The position numbers were made by a program, and so were the translations under genes. The notes below the pieces were generated by a model. The model saw only the letters and a program-made list of their open reading frames with translations, had not been told where the DNA came from and made no database searches. A stretch of 63,540 nucleotides of DNA, filler included, from Cercozoa sp. M6MM (taxonomy: Eukaryota > Protista > Endomyxa: Ascetosporea), in NCBI GenBank assembly GCA_040357565.1. It is 10 parts of 10 records of this genome, joined end to end, with 100 filler letters (N's around TTAATTAATTAA, not from the genome) between each part and the next. Parts side by side here need not be neighbours in the genome. Positions count along the whole stretch, not along the records: positions 47,271 to 52,842 come from JBDODJ010000883.1; positions 52,943 to 57,782 come from JBDODJ010001036.1; positions 57,883 to 61,404 come from JBDODJ010001420.1; positions 61,505 to 63,540 come from JBDODJ010001857.1; 6 more parts are not named here. One strand, 5' to 3'. The first letter of the stretch is position 1. The number at the start of each line of letters is the position of its first letter. This document shows positions 52,151 through 63,540 of the stretch, piece by piece.

Positions 52151-52942
52151 CATTTGGCATCCTGTCTTTTGATAGCGATCAGAGATGCGTACACGGCAAG
52201 AGAGCGCACTGTGGTCAGAACAGGCCGCGCTCGAGCGGCGAAAGCAGCGCTGCGCGCCTCCAACTCCGTGCGAATATTTTTCAGCTTTTGCGCTGAGATT
52301 TTAGCACGATTCATTGTGCTTTAAGACGGAAACCTACACCAATATAGTTAGAGCAGAGATCTCAGATACTCTTCAGGAGATCACTTTGATTAAGGGAACG
52401 AGTATTGAACAGGGTTGGTCATTTAGGGCATTGTGCTTCTTAGCGTGCTGCAGGCGTGTGCCAGCAGAGATTTTGAGGCGTGTCACCTAATGGTATTAAG
52501 AATCAATGAGAACTGGCACTGATTTGTGCGATGTTGGATTCTGGACCTGTCTGTACAGGAGTGGCTCGGTGTGGGTGGCGCCACTTTGGAAGTGGCCTGG
52601 CCGCATGACTCGCGTCGTGTCACCGTGCATCGCGAGCCGCAGGGCACAGTGTACTGGTCTCTCTGGGCACGGGGTAGGGGGGTAGGGGGTGGGGGGTAAC
52701 ATGCCACCTGTGCAGACTCTTGCCGATGTTCACGTCGCACGAAGACGTCGCCGGCGTCGTTCGACTCGCGCTGAAAGACGCAGAGGTGTGTGGCTGTTTT
52801 ACCCCCCTTTTTACCCCCCTTTTTACCCCCCTTTTTACCCCCNNNNNNNNNNNNNNNNNNNNNNNNNNNNNNNNNNNNNNNNNNNNTTAATTAATTAANN
52901 NNNNNNNNNNNNNNNNNNNNNNNNNNNNNNNNNNNNNNNNNN

Positions 52943-54269
52943 GGGTAAACAGGGGGTAAACAGGGGGGTAAACAGGGGGGTAAGCAGGGTAAACAGGGGG
53001 TAAATAGGGGGGTAAGCAGGGGGAGGGGGGTAAAACCCTACCGGCCAGGAAGGCGCGTTTCTCGTCGGCATCCAGCAGTCGCACGAAGGGCGAGCGCGAG
53101 TCCAGCAGAGCGTCGGCCATCTGCTTGGTGTTGCTGCCTGTGTGACCACGTACGATCAGAGTGACCACTCAGAGTGACCACGTGCGATCAGAGTGACCAC
53201 TTAGAGTGACCCACTCACACACACACACACACGTGCGTACCCTGCTGCAAGGCGATCGACGTTGCGCCTACGTCCGCGTGCGACCGCTGCCTGTTTTCAG
53301 GGGGGTAAGGGGTAAAGGGGTATGGAGTAAAGTGGGTAGGGGGTAAAGGGGCAGGGGGTAAGGGAGTAGGGGGTAGAGGGGGGGGGGTAAACAACCAGTT
53401 GAGCGAGGTGTTGACGAGTGCGTCGGCGTGTGCCATCGTGAGCGACTGCAGCACGCGGTGCGCTGCCCTCGCTCTCGCCGCCGGCGCCGCCTCGCCCGAG
53501 TCCGAGCTGCTCTCCTCCACCACCACGTCCTATCCACACACATACACCTGCTTACCCCCCTGTTTACCCCCCTGTTTACACCCCCCGTCCCCATTACCAC
53601 AGGAGAAGGACTGCGATCCGGCTGCCTGGGTCTACTGCGCGACGGCAGCGAACTGTACCTGCACACGGGGGTAAAGGGGGTAAAGGGGTAAAGGGGTAAA
53701 GAGGGGGTAAACACCGCCGCTGCCGCTCGGCGAGAGGCGCCAGAGCGTCGCCGTGCTCGCCTGAAGAGTCACCGCTCTGTGACTACGGGGGGGGGGGTGG
53801 GGGGCAAAGGGCTTAAGGGGGTAAAACGGAGGGTAAATGGGGGCAAAGGCTACAGGAGTGGGCAGTTCGTTGTCGTCCCTCGAACGAGGCATCGAGGCCG
53901 AGTTCTGTCCGGGGGTAAAGGGGTAAAAGGGGTAGGGGGTAAGGGGTAAAGAGGTAAAGAAGCGTACCGGCTCTGCCTGCTGCTGCGCGGCCGCCGCCGC
54001 AGCGTGCGCAGCCAACATCTTTGTTCACACAGTAGTGTCAGTGGGACAGTAGTGTGAGTGAGACAGTAGTGTGAGGTAGGACATGTACCTCGTCCTGCAG
54101 GGCGTCATTCTCGAGCACCACACGCTGCTCGTTCTAACCACACATCGACACAGATCGACACAGATCGACTCACATAGACGCACACATGGGCGGCACCTCA
54201 TCCGGCTGAACGATCTCGCGCAGACGCACCGTGGTCTGCGGGATGTGCAGCACGAACAACTGCGCCATC
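52943..54269 (-). CDS. Hypothetical multi-exon protein; 3' partial
   Basis: Start MAQLFVLHIPQTTVRLREIVQPDE; exons separated by C-rich repeat introns. Confidence 0.5.
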
Positions 54270-54587
54270 TATTTTCGTTTTGTTTTTTTTTTATAATTTC
54301 TCTGTTTTTATGAGAACCAGCAAGGCGAAACTACCGCTAAAAGGTGCCCGCCCAGGTTTTACGCAGCTTAGGGATGCCGTATGCACTGCCTAGCACGCGT
54401 GACAGTAGCTCATTCTTTCCTGTTCAACTGGAGCGCAGCCTTAAAAATTTGATCAGCTTGAACTACGACAATAGCTAACGCGACTCACTTTATCTGTGTG
54501 GGGTATGTGATATGGATGCGATCCCAAGCGTAGAAAGTACAATATAAAATCAAAAATCTGGTGACGTGGGGCTGTGTGTTTCTTCTC

Positions 54588-56280
54588 TCACATGATCAGG
54601 CACTGCACAGCAGCAGGAACGTGCAATAGAAAAGAAAGCATGGGACAAAGGGAGCATACGTTGTCGGGACTCTTGGGAGTGTGCGCCGCCTTGACGAGCT
54701 CACGGAAGGCGTCGCGCGTGTTGTCGACTTCGGTGGCCGATGTCTGTTCGGGGAGGGGGGTACAGGGAGTGGGCCAAGAGGTAAAGGGCGTCAAAGCAGG
54801 GAAACACTACCTGTGCAAAGTTGAGAAAGCCGTTGCGCGAACGGTAGGCGCACGCCTCCGTTGCTTTCTGCCCAGGCAGCACAGTACACCAGACCCACGG
54901 TAAGGGTACATGGTAAGGGTAGGGGGTAAGGGTAGAGGGGGGGGGTAAAGTAGACAGTAGAGAGGGCTACCACGAACTCCTCGGTCGCTGCAATCAAATC
55001 AATAAATTGTCAATCAAAAGAATAATAAACAAGCACAAATTATTTAAAAAACACACGCACACACACACATCAATAAATTTTAAAAAAAAAACAGATATGC
55101 CACGCAGACACAAAAGTAGAGTGAGTTTAGACTACAGAAGCGTCGATCACGCTTGCAGCACAGCAGCGTCAGTTTGAGCTCGTCGCACTTGCCTTCGGCG
55201 GCTGCAGCTTCCTTCAGCTCCTGTGACAGGGGGTTAAGGAGTAAATGGGGAGGATAAGAAGCGACACACCTCAAGTAGGCCGGGAACGGCGTCGAACGAG
55301 CTGCGATCGTCAATGGCGTAGGTGAACACGAACAGCGTTCGCGACAGGTCTGCGTTCGACAAGAGACAGGTAATAAATATAAAATACATAATTAAATAGA
55401 TTATATCTATATCTACATGTAGCTATGTATCTTACCAATTATACAGACAGAAAGAGTTCGAAGCTACCCTTAGTCAGCACGTGCTTCCAATCTGAACAAA
55501 CCACAACGCAAATCAACAAGACACAACCACATGCTTGACTTTGCTAGTTCCAAAGGACTGACTGCCGTGCGTACCAGTGTCGCTCGAGTAAACAATGTCG
55601 GCAGGCGCCATGTGCGGCCCGAGCGGCACCTCCAGACGGCCGAGCAACTCGCTGTCAGTGACGGCCTCGTCCGACTCGGCAGCATCCGCGCGGACAGTGT
55701 GCCCGTGGTACGCGCGCACGAGACTGCGTTTGCCACAACCACTGCTGCCAACGAGCACGAGACGGCAGGCCGGAACCTGTCCCAAGAAGGCGTTTTCGAT
55801 GATCCAACAACCCCCGAGCACTCAAAAATTGACACACCTTGCCGTCCGGCCCCAACTTAATCGAATCACTAAACGGGCACGACATGAGTGCTTTTCTGAC
55901 TTGTCAGCACTGTGATCTAATACTCTGCCGCGTCACTGTACAGTGCACAAGTGGTCACTTCTTGTAAAAGAATAATAATCGATTCTGGTTGGGTGTTGGC
56001 GTCGCGTACCTTCTATTCAAACATACACAGACAAACTTAGAGACTTGGGCCACCATCGCTTTGGGTGGCCAAGGCTGTATCGCACCCATGGCACAGTCGG
56101 GACAGGTGTGTAGCTTGCGCTTCTTTCGTATTGATCACGCTCGAACAGTGCTCCGCAAGCCCCACACCTGTCGGACAGCGCGCCCGTTGAAATCGTCCTT
56201 TAGGACGAGAATGAGAACGAAGACAAAGAGCATACAGACGCCGAGTCGATTGGCAACGCCAGTGTGGTCTGTCGCAATCG
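54588..56280 (-). CDS. Divergent Ras-superfamily small GTPase with CAAX box; start uncertain
   Basis: CRLVLVGSSGCGKRSLV (G1), FVFTYAIDDRSSFDAV, LLCCKRD (G4), TSA...AFRELV (G5), CLIM* (CAAX). Confidence 0.78.
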
Positions 56281-56511
56281 CTCAAGATGAGAGAACTCTA
56301 AAACCTCCTTGTCCTGTGCTTGTGTGACTCGCGTCCGCGCGACAGGTGTACCCGGAAAGCGGAGTGCGTCTGCGGCTGCCGTACCTTGTCAAACTAGTCA
56401 TGTGCTATCACTCCGAGTGGCAACTGAACTATTTTTCGTTTCATTTGCTTGATACAGTAGTTAAACTACCGCCCACGACCCCGATCAATCTGTGTCTGTC
56501 GAGAGTTATCC

Positions 56512-57424
56512 TCACGCTGGGCCCAGACCAAGACGCGCTCCCAGAAACCTCGTTGCACTGAGCCAAAACAAAAACCAAAACTCAACAATACCCGGGCAAC
56601 TGAACACACAAAGAACAGCAATGGTACAGTTCCCTTGTCTGTTCGCGTCCGAGGCAGCGATCAGGCGGCGTATTTCATCGCCGCTGGGGTCGGCGTCACT
56701 GGTGGCCGACTGGTTGGTGGGTGCGCGGCATACGGGACACCTCTGCGTGCTCTGCAGACATGCCACAAACTATCAACATAGACAGATGGGGAGGGCAGGG
56801 ATAGAAGAGCACACCTGCGTCATGCGCAGCACACAGTCCTGGTGCAGCACGTGGCGGCAAGGCAGGCGCACGGCCGGTCGCTCGTGCAGCGAGTCCAAGC
56901 AGATCACGCAGTCCGAGTCGAAGCGGTCAATCTCTTGCTTGCTGGCCTGTTGCACGCATGCATGAATATATATATATATATAATATATATAGATATTAGA
57001 TGGATGGATAGCTAGATAGAGAAACAAGTGTACACGAGGCAGCAGTTTCAGCGTGCGGACGTACACGCGCACTTCGCGCGCTCGTTTGCACAGGCGCCAC
57101 ACTGCAGGGGGAGAGGAGCTCACATGGGCTACACTGTACCAGGACCTGACAGGGACAGGGACAGGACTACCTCGCACCAGGTCGCACAGACAGGCCACCG
57201 ACGCCGGGAAGAAACTGTATATGCATTAATACATATATATATATATATAAGGCAGGGAGGCAGGGGTAAAGACCCACCTCATGAAGGACAGGAAGCGCCA
57301 GGACAGAGCGCACACGGCGATCAAACGCGCCGCCGCCAGCACCGACGCCAGCATGCACGACAACAGCTCGCTGTACAGCAGTGTCTGCAAGTCTGTTTGA
57401 AGGGCACATGAGTATCTCTACATG

Positions 57425-57472
<48 letters not shown>

Positions 57473-57782
57473 TCGATGTATATAGACAGGGGTACACAGC
57501 AGGCGGGAAGGCAGCAGAAACAAGAGAGCAGGCGGTGCCCTCATCAAGGCCTCGACCGTGCCGTGTGTCAGTAGCATCTACTTGTTACATGCAGGGGGTG
57601 AAACGGGAGTGGGGGAGGGGGTAAGATAGCTGCACCAGGACAGGCGTGCCGCCCCAAGGTGACTCGGAAACCGCATCCACAATCGAGGCACTCAGCATGC
57701 ACAGCAGCAGCGACACTAGGGGTAAAAGGGGGGTGAAGAGGGGGTGAAGAGGGGGCTAAAGGAAGGGTGATAGGGGGGGGGG
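56512..57782 (-). CDS. Membrane-anchored RING-H2 E3 ligase (HRD1/gp78/RNF145-like); 5' partial
   Basis: CVICLDSL...RLPCRHVLHQDC...RCPVCR preceded by hydrophobic exons and ASKQEI. Confidence 0.8.
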
Positions 57783-57899
57783 NNNNNNNNNNNNNNNNNN
57801 NNNNNNNNNNNNNNNNNNNNNNNNNNTTAATTAATTAANNNNNNNNNNNNNNNNNNNNNNNNNNNNNNNNNNNNNNNNNNNNCCCCCCCACTACGAAAA

Positions 57900-60450
57900 G
57901 AATACTCCTGGAGAAGCCATCACTATCGTCATTGCCGCCGTAGGCCTACACAAACAAGTTAGTCAAGGTATCCGCGGGGACGGTGTCCGCGCGGAACGTA
58001 CGCCATAGTCAAAGGAGCGCAGCGAGTTGAAGTCGATCGGCGCGCCGCTCAAAACGTCCTCGCTGCGTCGACCGACCGATTCGCCTGGGGGGGAGGGTAA
58101 GGGGGTAAAGGAGGGGGTAGGGTAGGGTAGGGGTAGGGGTAGGGTAGGGGTAGGAGAGGGGGTTACTGTAGTCGTCGCCCGAGGTGGCGTCGCTGCCGGC
58201 CGACTCGGAGAGAGAGCGACCGTCGAAGCGCAGCTGCGACTCGTCTGCCTTGCCGTGCATGCCGACACTCGACGTGTACCTACGGTTTGGTCCTCTTTAC
58301 CCCCTCTTACCCCCCCCCCCAGACAGAAGGTACCGCTTGTAGTAGTGCTGAGTATCGTCATCGGCATACACGTCCAACGGCGCGTTCTCTTCGTCATCCT
58401 GGGGGTGGGGTAAGAGGGGTAAGAGGAGGGTAAAAGGGGGGGGGGGGGTAAGAAAGCTACCGAATGTGACGACGCCAGTGCGTCTTCCGGCAGACGCGCA
58501 TCATTCTCCTGCGGGAGGGGGAGGGGGGTAAAAGGGGGTAAGGGAGTAAAAGGGGGGGGTAAGGGGGTAAAGGGGAAGGGGTAAGGGGTAAAGGGGGCAA
58601 GGGTGTAAGCTACCTCAGGCGAGTGCATCAGGTGGTGCGGAAACACACGCGACCCAGGAGTCGCCTGAATCAGCAACGCACTGCGCTGGTCACTTCGCGG
58701 CCTGGGGGGGTAAACAGGGGGTAAACAGGGGGTAAACAGGGGGGTAAACAGGGGGGTAAACAGGGGGGTAAACAGGGGGGTAAACTACCAGCAGCAGCAC
58801 AGCCACGCTCGAAGCGCCGTGCAAAAATTGTTGCGCACACGCGACGTCGAATTCGGAATGTATCTGAAGTACCACTGTGGGGGGGGGGGGGTAAACAGGG
58901 GTAAAGAATAGGGTAAAGAGTAGGGTAAAGAGTAGGGAGAAAGGGAGCAAACAGGGGGGTAAGGGGGGGGGCAAACCAGCACGAGCGCAGTCGGCAGGAG
59001 CTCCCACCAGACGAAAACGAACATGGCCGGCAAGGCCGTCGGTTTGATCTGCTGGTCCAGATTGCGCAGTGTGACCTACGCACACGTGTCAGCAATGCGA
59101 TCGATCACTGATCGATCAGAGTGACCACTGGGCGATCACCCAAGTCAGTGACTGTGCATGTGGTACCGCCAGGAAACCGGCCGCAGTGCTCAGATTGAAG
59201 AGAGCGCGCGTCACGTAGATGGCGCCAAACACCAGCATTATCGCCGGCGTCGTCGACGCGCCCGCCTTCATCGTGCGCTAAGGGGTTAAGGGGGCGGGTT
59301 AAGGGGGGTAGGGGGGTAGGGGGTAGGGGGTAAAGCTGCACCAGAATGTCCAGACGCACGTCGAGCGACAGATTCGACAGCGTGCGCGCGTACACAAAGT
59401 AGCCTGCCCAGGAGGGGGGGTAAACAGGGGGGTAAATAGGGGGGAAACAGGGGGGGGGGGGGGGGGATCGCGCACCAGCACACAGCAGCAGGTAGGCCGA
59501 CGCGAGCACCAAATGGAACACGATCGGCACGGCCTTGCCCGTCTGATCGGGGGAGTAAGTAANNNNNNNNNNNNNNNNNNNNNNNNNNNNNNNNNNNNNN
59601 NNNNNNNNNNNNNNNNNNNNNNNNNNNNNNNNNNNNNNNNNNNNNNNNNNNNNNNNNNNNNNAAACAGGGGACACCTTGTCATACAGCGCCAGCGAGGCG
59701 TAGACGGCGACGTTGACGACCACGACAGCGCACAGCAGACACGCAAACCACAGCACTGCCCACAACGCAGCCTTAAATTAATCTGCCGCTCCCTTAAATA
59801 ACTGGGTTACTCCCTTAACCATGTTCCTTAAGGGGGCGGGCACAAACCTACCACGATTGCGGTGTTTCTGCCACTCGCGTCGGCGCGAGTACGCCACGTA
59901 GGACATGAACTACACACACATACGGACAAGGTGGTCCATCTGGACAACCGTAGAAATGGACTGTTTCCCAGTACGGGGAATATGGACCGACTGAGTGTAC
60001 CACAACGATCAGCGTGCACATGGCAAACTGCAGAATCAGCGGCAGCAGGTACAGCACAATGGTGAGACCTGCAGGGGGAAGGGGGGTAAACAGGAGGCAA
60101 AAGAGGTAGGGTAGGAGGTAAAGAGGGGGTAAAGCGGGGGGTAAAGAGGGGGGTAAAGAGGGGGGGGGGGGGGGGGGGGAAAGACCCACCGGGGAAGCCG
60201 CAAGAGGCGGGAAAAAAAAAGCGCGCAACCGCCTCCACCAGAAGCAGAGTGCCTGAGACACACCATTCCCCCCCCCCCCCCACATCTGCCTTACCCGTAC
60301 CCCCCTACCCTACCCCAACCCGCTGCGACTGATAAAATGGCAAAGCATACGAGAAACTGGAAGTGGAACGAGCGCATGGAATGACGGTTCCTGTCTCACC
60401 AGAAAAAGAGGTTACAAACCGTCGCTTAGACAAGTATAGGTGTACCATAT
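57900..60450 (-). CDS. GPR137/TM7SF1 (TOM1/THH1-family) multi-pass membrane protein; ends approximate
   Basis: Several TM exons; IYVTRALFNL and FVWWELLPTALVL-YFR resemble the last helices of GPR137. Confidence 0.7.
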
Positions 60451-60856
60451 GATTTTGCCGATCTGGACGACACTCAGCAGAAGCAGTATGCAGTAGAGAC
60501 TCTGCCAAACACAAGCCAAACACAAATTCGATACAAGATTGTGCGTCATGCGTGTATCGGTACCGATAGGGCCACCGATACGCCCTGTTCTGCCGACAGA
60601 GACATGGCGACACTAAGGTGCACCGCCTATGCCCTGTGTTCCCTCTTCTAAGGCCCCAGAGCACAAACAAGTTTGAGCTGGTCGTGGCTGGCCATCACGG
60701 CTCTGCTGTACAATTTTGTACAGTACTAAAAACAACAATACAGATTATTTATTCCCGTGTATCGGCTACTGTAGCCGAACACCGCAAGCCTTCGAGTACG
60801 CTGCCGTGCCGTTCCCAGACGTGTTCTGTCGTGTGTTGTAACTGCGTCGCCTCAAG

Positions 60857-61213
60857 ATGCCCAAGGCTAACCCGCAGGTGTATTTCGATGTGTCGATCGG
60901 TGGCAAGCCGGCCGAGCGTATCACCATGGGTAAGCCTGGGACACAACCTGCGACAGAGTGCAGTCATGTGATGTAATGACTGTGTGCAGAGTTGTTTGCC
61001 GACGTGGTCAGTCTGCAGTTTGAGTGAGGTGCCACAGTTGCGTAGATGCTGACTTGACTTGCTTGGACAGGTGCCCAAGACGGCGGAGAACTTTCGTCAG
61101 TTGTGCACTGGCGAGGGTGGTAATGCTTTACCCACCCTCCCTGACCTCTTTACTCCCTGATACAGGCAAGTCGAAGCGTGGCGTGAAGCTGCACTACCTC
61201 AACTCGGTAGACT

Positions 61214-61251
<38 letters not shown>

Positions 61252-61365
61252 TAGATAGATATATATATATATATATGTTTGTATGAAACACAGGTGTTCC
61301 ATCGCGTGATCCCGGGCTTCATGGCGCAAGGCGGCGACTTCACAAGTACTCTCGTTACCTCCTGT

Positions 61366-61404
<39 letters not shown>
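60857..61404 (+). CDS. Cyclophilin peptidyl-prolyl isomerase; 3' partial
   Basis: [49 protein letters not shown]. Confidence 0.96.
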
Positions 61405-61504
61405 NNNNNNNNNNNNNNNNNNNNNNNNNNNNNNNNNNNNNNNNNNNNTTAATTAATTAANNNNNNNNNNNNNNNNNNNNNNNNNNNNNNNNNNNNNNNN
61501 NNNN

Positions 61505-61543
<39 letters not shown>

Positions 61544-63540
61544 AAACAACCAGAATGCGTCCATTGCGCGCAGCCTTGACAAGCGCTGATTCGTCTGTTT
61601 TTGTGCAGATGTGAGAATTTAAAACACGTGGCCACCATGTGGTCACTTTTGATCGATCAGTGATCGATCAGTGATCGATCAGTGTGACTGACTGGACTGA
61701 TACTGATCCCCAAGTACCGTACTGCACGACACCGTCGACCAGTTTCGGCGTCACCGTCAGCGACTCGACCTGCGGACTCAAGGGGTCAGGGGAGGGGGGT
61801 AAAGGGGGGGTCAACACGCCTACCGTGGTGTCTCGGTGCAGTTGCATGTACTCACGCTCGCTGGGGGGGTAAAGAGGGGGGTAAAGGGGGGTAAAGAGGG
61901 TAAAGAACAGTGAGGGGATAAAGGGGTAACAGGGGGGGGGGTAAAGACGGCAAGACACCGATTCAGCAGCTGGCAGAAGCGATCGGCGAGTTTGTTTTTT
62001 CCGACGCCCTGCGGTCCAATCAGCAGCAGCGACGGCGTTGCCGCGGTTTTCTGCCACATCCGCGTGGATACCCGAAAATACCGAAAAAGCCCAACCGCAA
62101 ATAAAAACTAACGTGAGTGGCAGCATGCGTTTCGAGAGCGGCAAAGTCGCGCGCCATTGCCGCTAGCACACGCTTGTGGTCTGAGTCAGTCGAATATTTA
62201 ATTCTCAGTTTCAGTTCAGACAAATACCGAAAATAATGCACCTTCAACATCGAAAAAGACGGGTGACGGGACCTAAAGACAGTGCAGATTGAGTCACACA
62301 CAGTGTGTGGCTACAGCACACTCACCAGTTCCGGGTTCTGAGCCTCAAAGCGGCGCAGTCGAACGCCCCCGAAATCAACCTGCTGATCACTGGCATTTTC
62401 GACAATGACGGTGTTTTCTGGCTGCTGCGAACCGTGCTGGGTCGACCAGCCACACCGCTGCATGGCTGCCGACACGTCATCTCGCACGCTGCTGGGCAAG
62501 AAGCGGTACAGCAGATTATTTTGGATCAGGCGTGCCAGCTCATCTTGGGCGCCGAACAGTCTACCAGAGAGCACAGTGAAGGTGTCACAATGAGTGCTAA
62601 CATTTGTGGGACACGTCTTACGCTGCGTACTGCGCGAATCGGGCCAATTGGCGCAGATTCAGTTTCAGCTGGCCCTCCTGTGTGACAGCAAAATACCAAA
62701 ACTCAACTGAACTCGCATCTTTCCTGCAAAAGGCAGTAAACTACCAGTTGATTCAGCTCGTGTCGCAGCTGCAACAAACGGCGAGCCACCTCTCCGTCAC
62801 CTGTGTTCGGCAAATGTTGTTTTCGAGTTTGGGTCAGAGCAAAGCAACTGATCAGGGGAAGAAACTCACCGTGACCGGGCGACACCAGAGCGACTTGTTC
62901 TGCAGACGAAAGCTCCTCGAGCTGCGGCAGCGTGTGGTAGCTGAACCACGTGGCCACCTCGTTCGTGAGCCAGCGGTTTTTCTTGTCGGGTTTCTGTGTT
63001 TCACGAGTTCAGGTAACAGCTGAGTGAGTCATCCACGCGGACAGACAGTCAAAACGAGGCAACCTGTGCAGTGGCAACGACACGGAAGTGCGGCGACACG
63101 CGCAGCAGAGGCCGCTGATCGCTCGTGTGCTACACGGTTGGCAAATCGGGCAATAAAATAAAATAAAGACTAAAATCGAAAAAATTAATTTCACATATAG
63201 TCTATCTTGATCGATCAGTGATCGATCAGTGATCGATCACTAATTGCAATAGCGAATGTCAGGGAAGATGATAGGTACGGTGCGATTGATGTCGTCGTAG
63301 CGATCGGAGCGCAGAAGGACGGAACCGTCGGGCAGGTGCAAGTCATCGCCCTGCAGCAGCGAGGCCAGTGCCGCCAGAGTGGACACGTGGCCTCGCTCCA
63401 GTCCGTCCAGAACGACCACGTGGCCGTCCAGTGCCGCCTGCACCACGGCCGAGTGCTGCCACACCGTGTTGCCACGTGCGTCCGTGCTGCGCCGCTGCAG
63501 CAGGTCGCTCGACGACATGTCTGGGGGGGGGTAAGAGGGG
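61505..63540 (-). CDS. VWA8: VWA8-like multi-AAA ATPase, internal fragment
   Basis: DLLQRRST...VVQAALDGHVVVLDGLER, LLLIGPQGVGKNKLADRF, REYMQLHRDTTV, SALVKAARNGRILV. Confidence 0.9.

Overview
This is eukaryotic genomic DNA, not prokaryotic. It consists of ten draft contigs joined by 100-nt artificial spacers (44 N + TTAATTAATTAA + 44 N), so neighbours across a spacer are not true neighbours. The genome is gene-dense, appears to use the standard code and has many short GT-AG introns, which is why the ORF track is fragmented. After manual splicing I recognise: a family-A DNA polymerase (Pol nu/theta-like), a degenerate UPF1/SEN1-type helicase, an SH3 protein, SART1/Snu66, RPT4, a PKG-like kinase, WDR78/DNAI4, IFT56, GST, a secreted metallophosphoesterase, a TlpA-like thioredoxin, V-ATPase subunit a, a PH protein, PEX4, WRAP73, an SMIM30-like microprotein, a UCP-type mitochondrial carrier, a UvrD/PcrA-type helicase, an atypical Ras-like GTPase, a membrane RING ligase, a GPR137-like protein, cyclophilin and VWA8. 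Together these point to a flagellated protist with mitochondria and peroxisomes; I cannot fix the taxon from sequence alone. The most striking unexplained signal is in the introns. In many genes they are built from a few shared short-unit repeat families (TTTACCCC-type, GTGACCAC/TGATCGATCA-type, TGGAC/GTCCAT-type) that recur across unrelated contigs, and the 5' splice sites are very degenerate. Other highlights are a candidate structured ncRNA at about 24.4-24.8 kb and several probable pseudo-enzymes. Gene ends are approximate where stated, and all family calls come from recalled motifs, not database searches.
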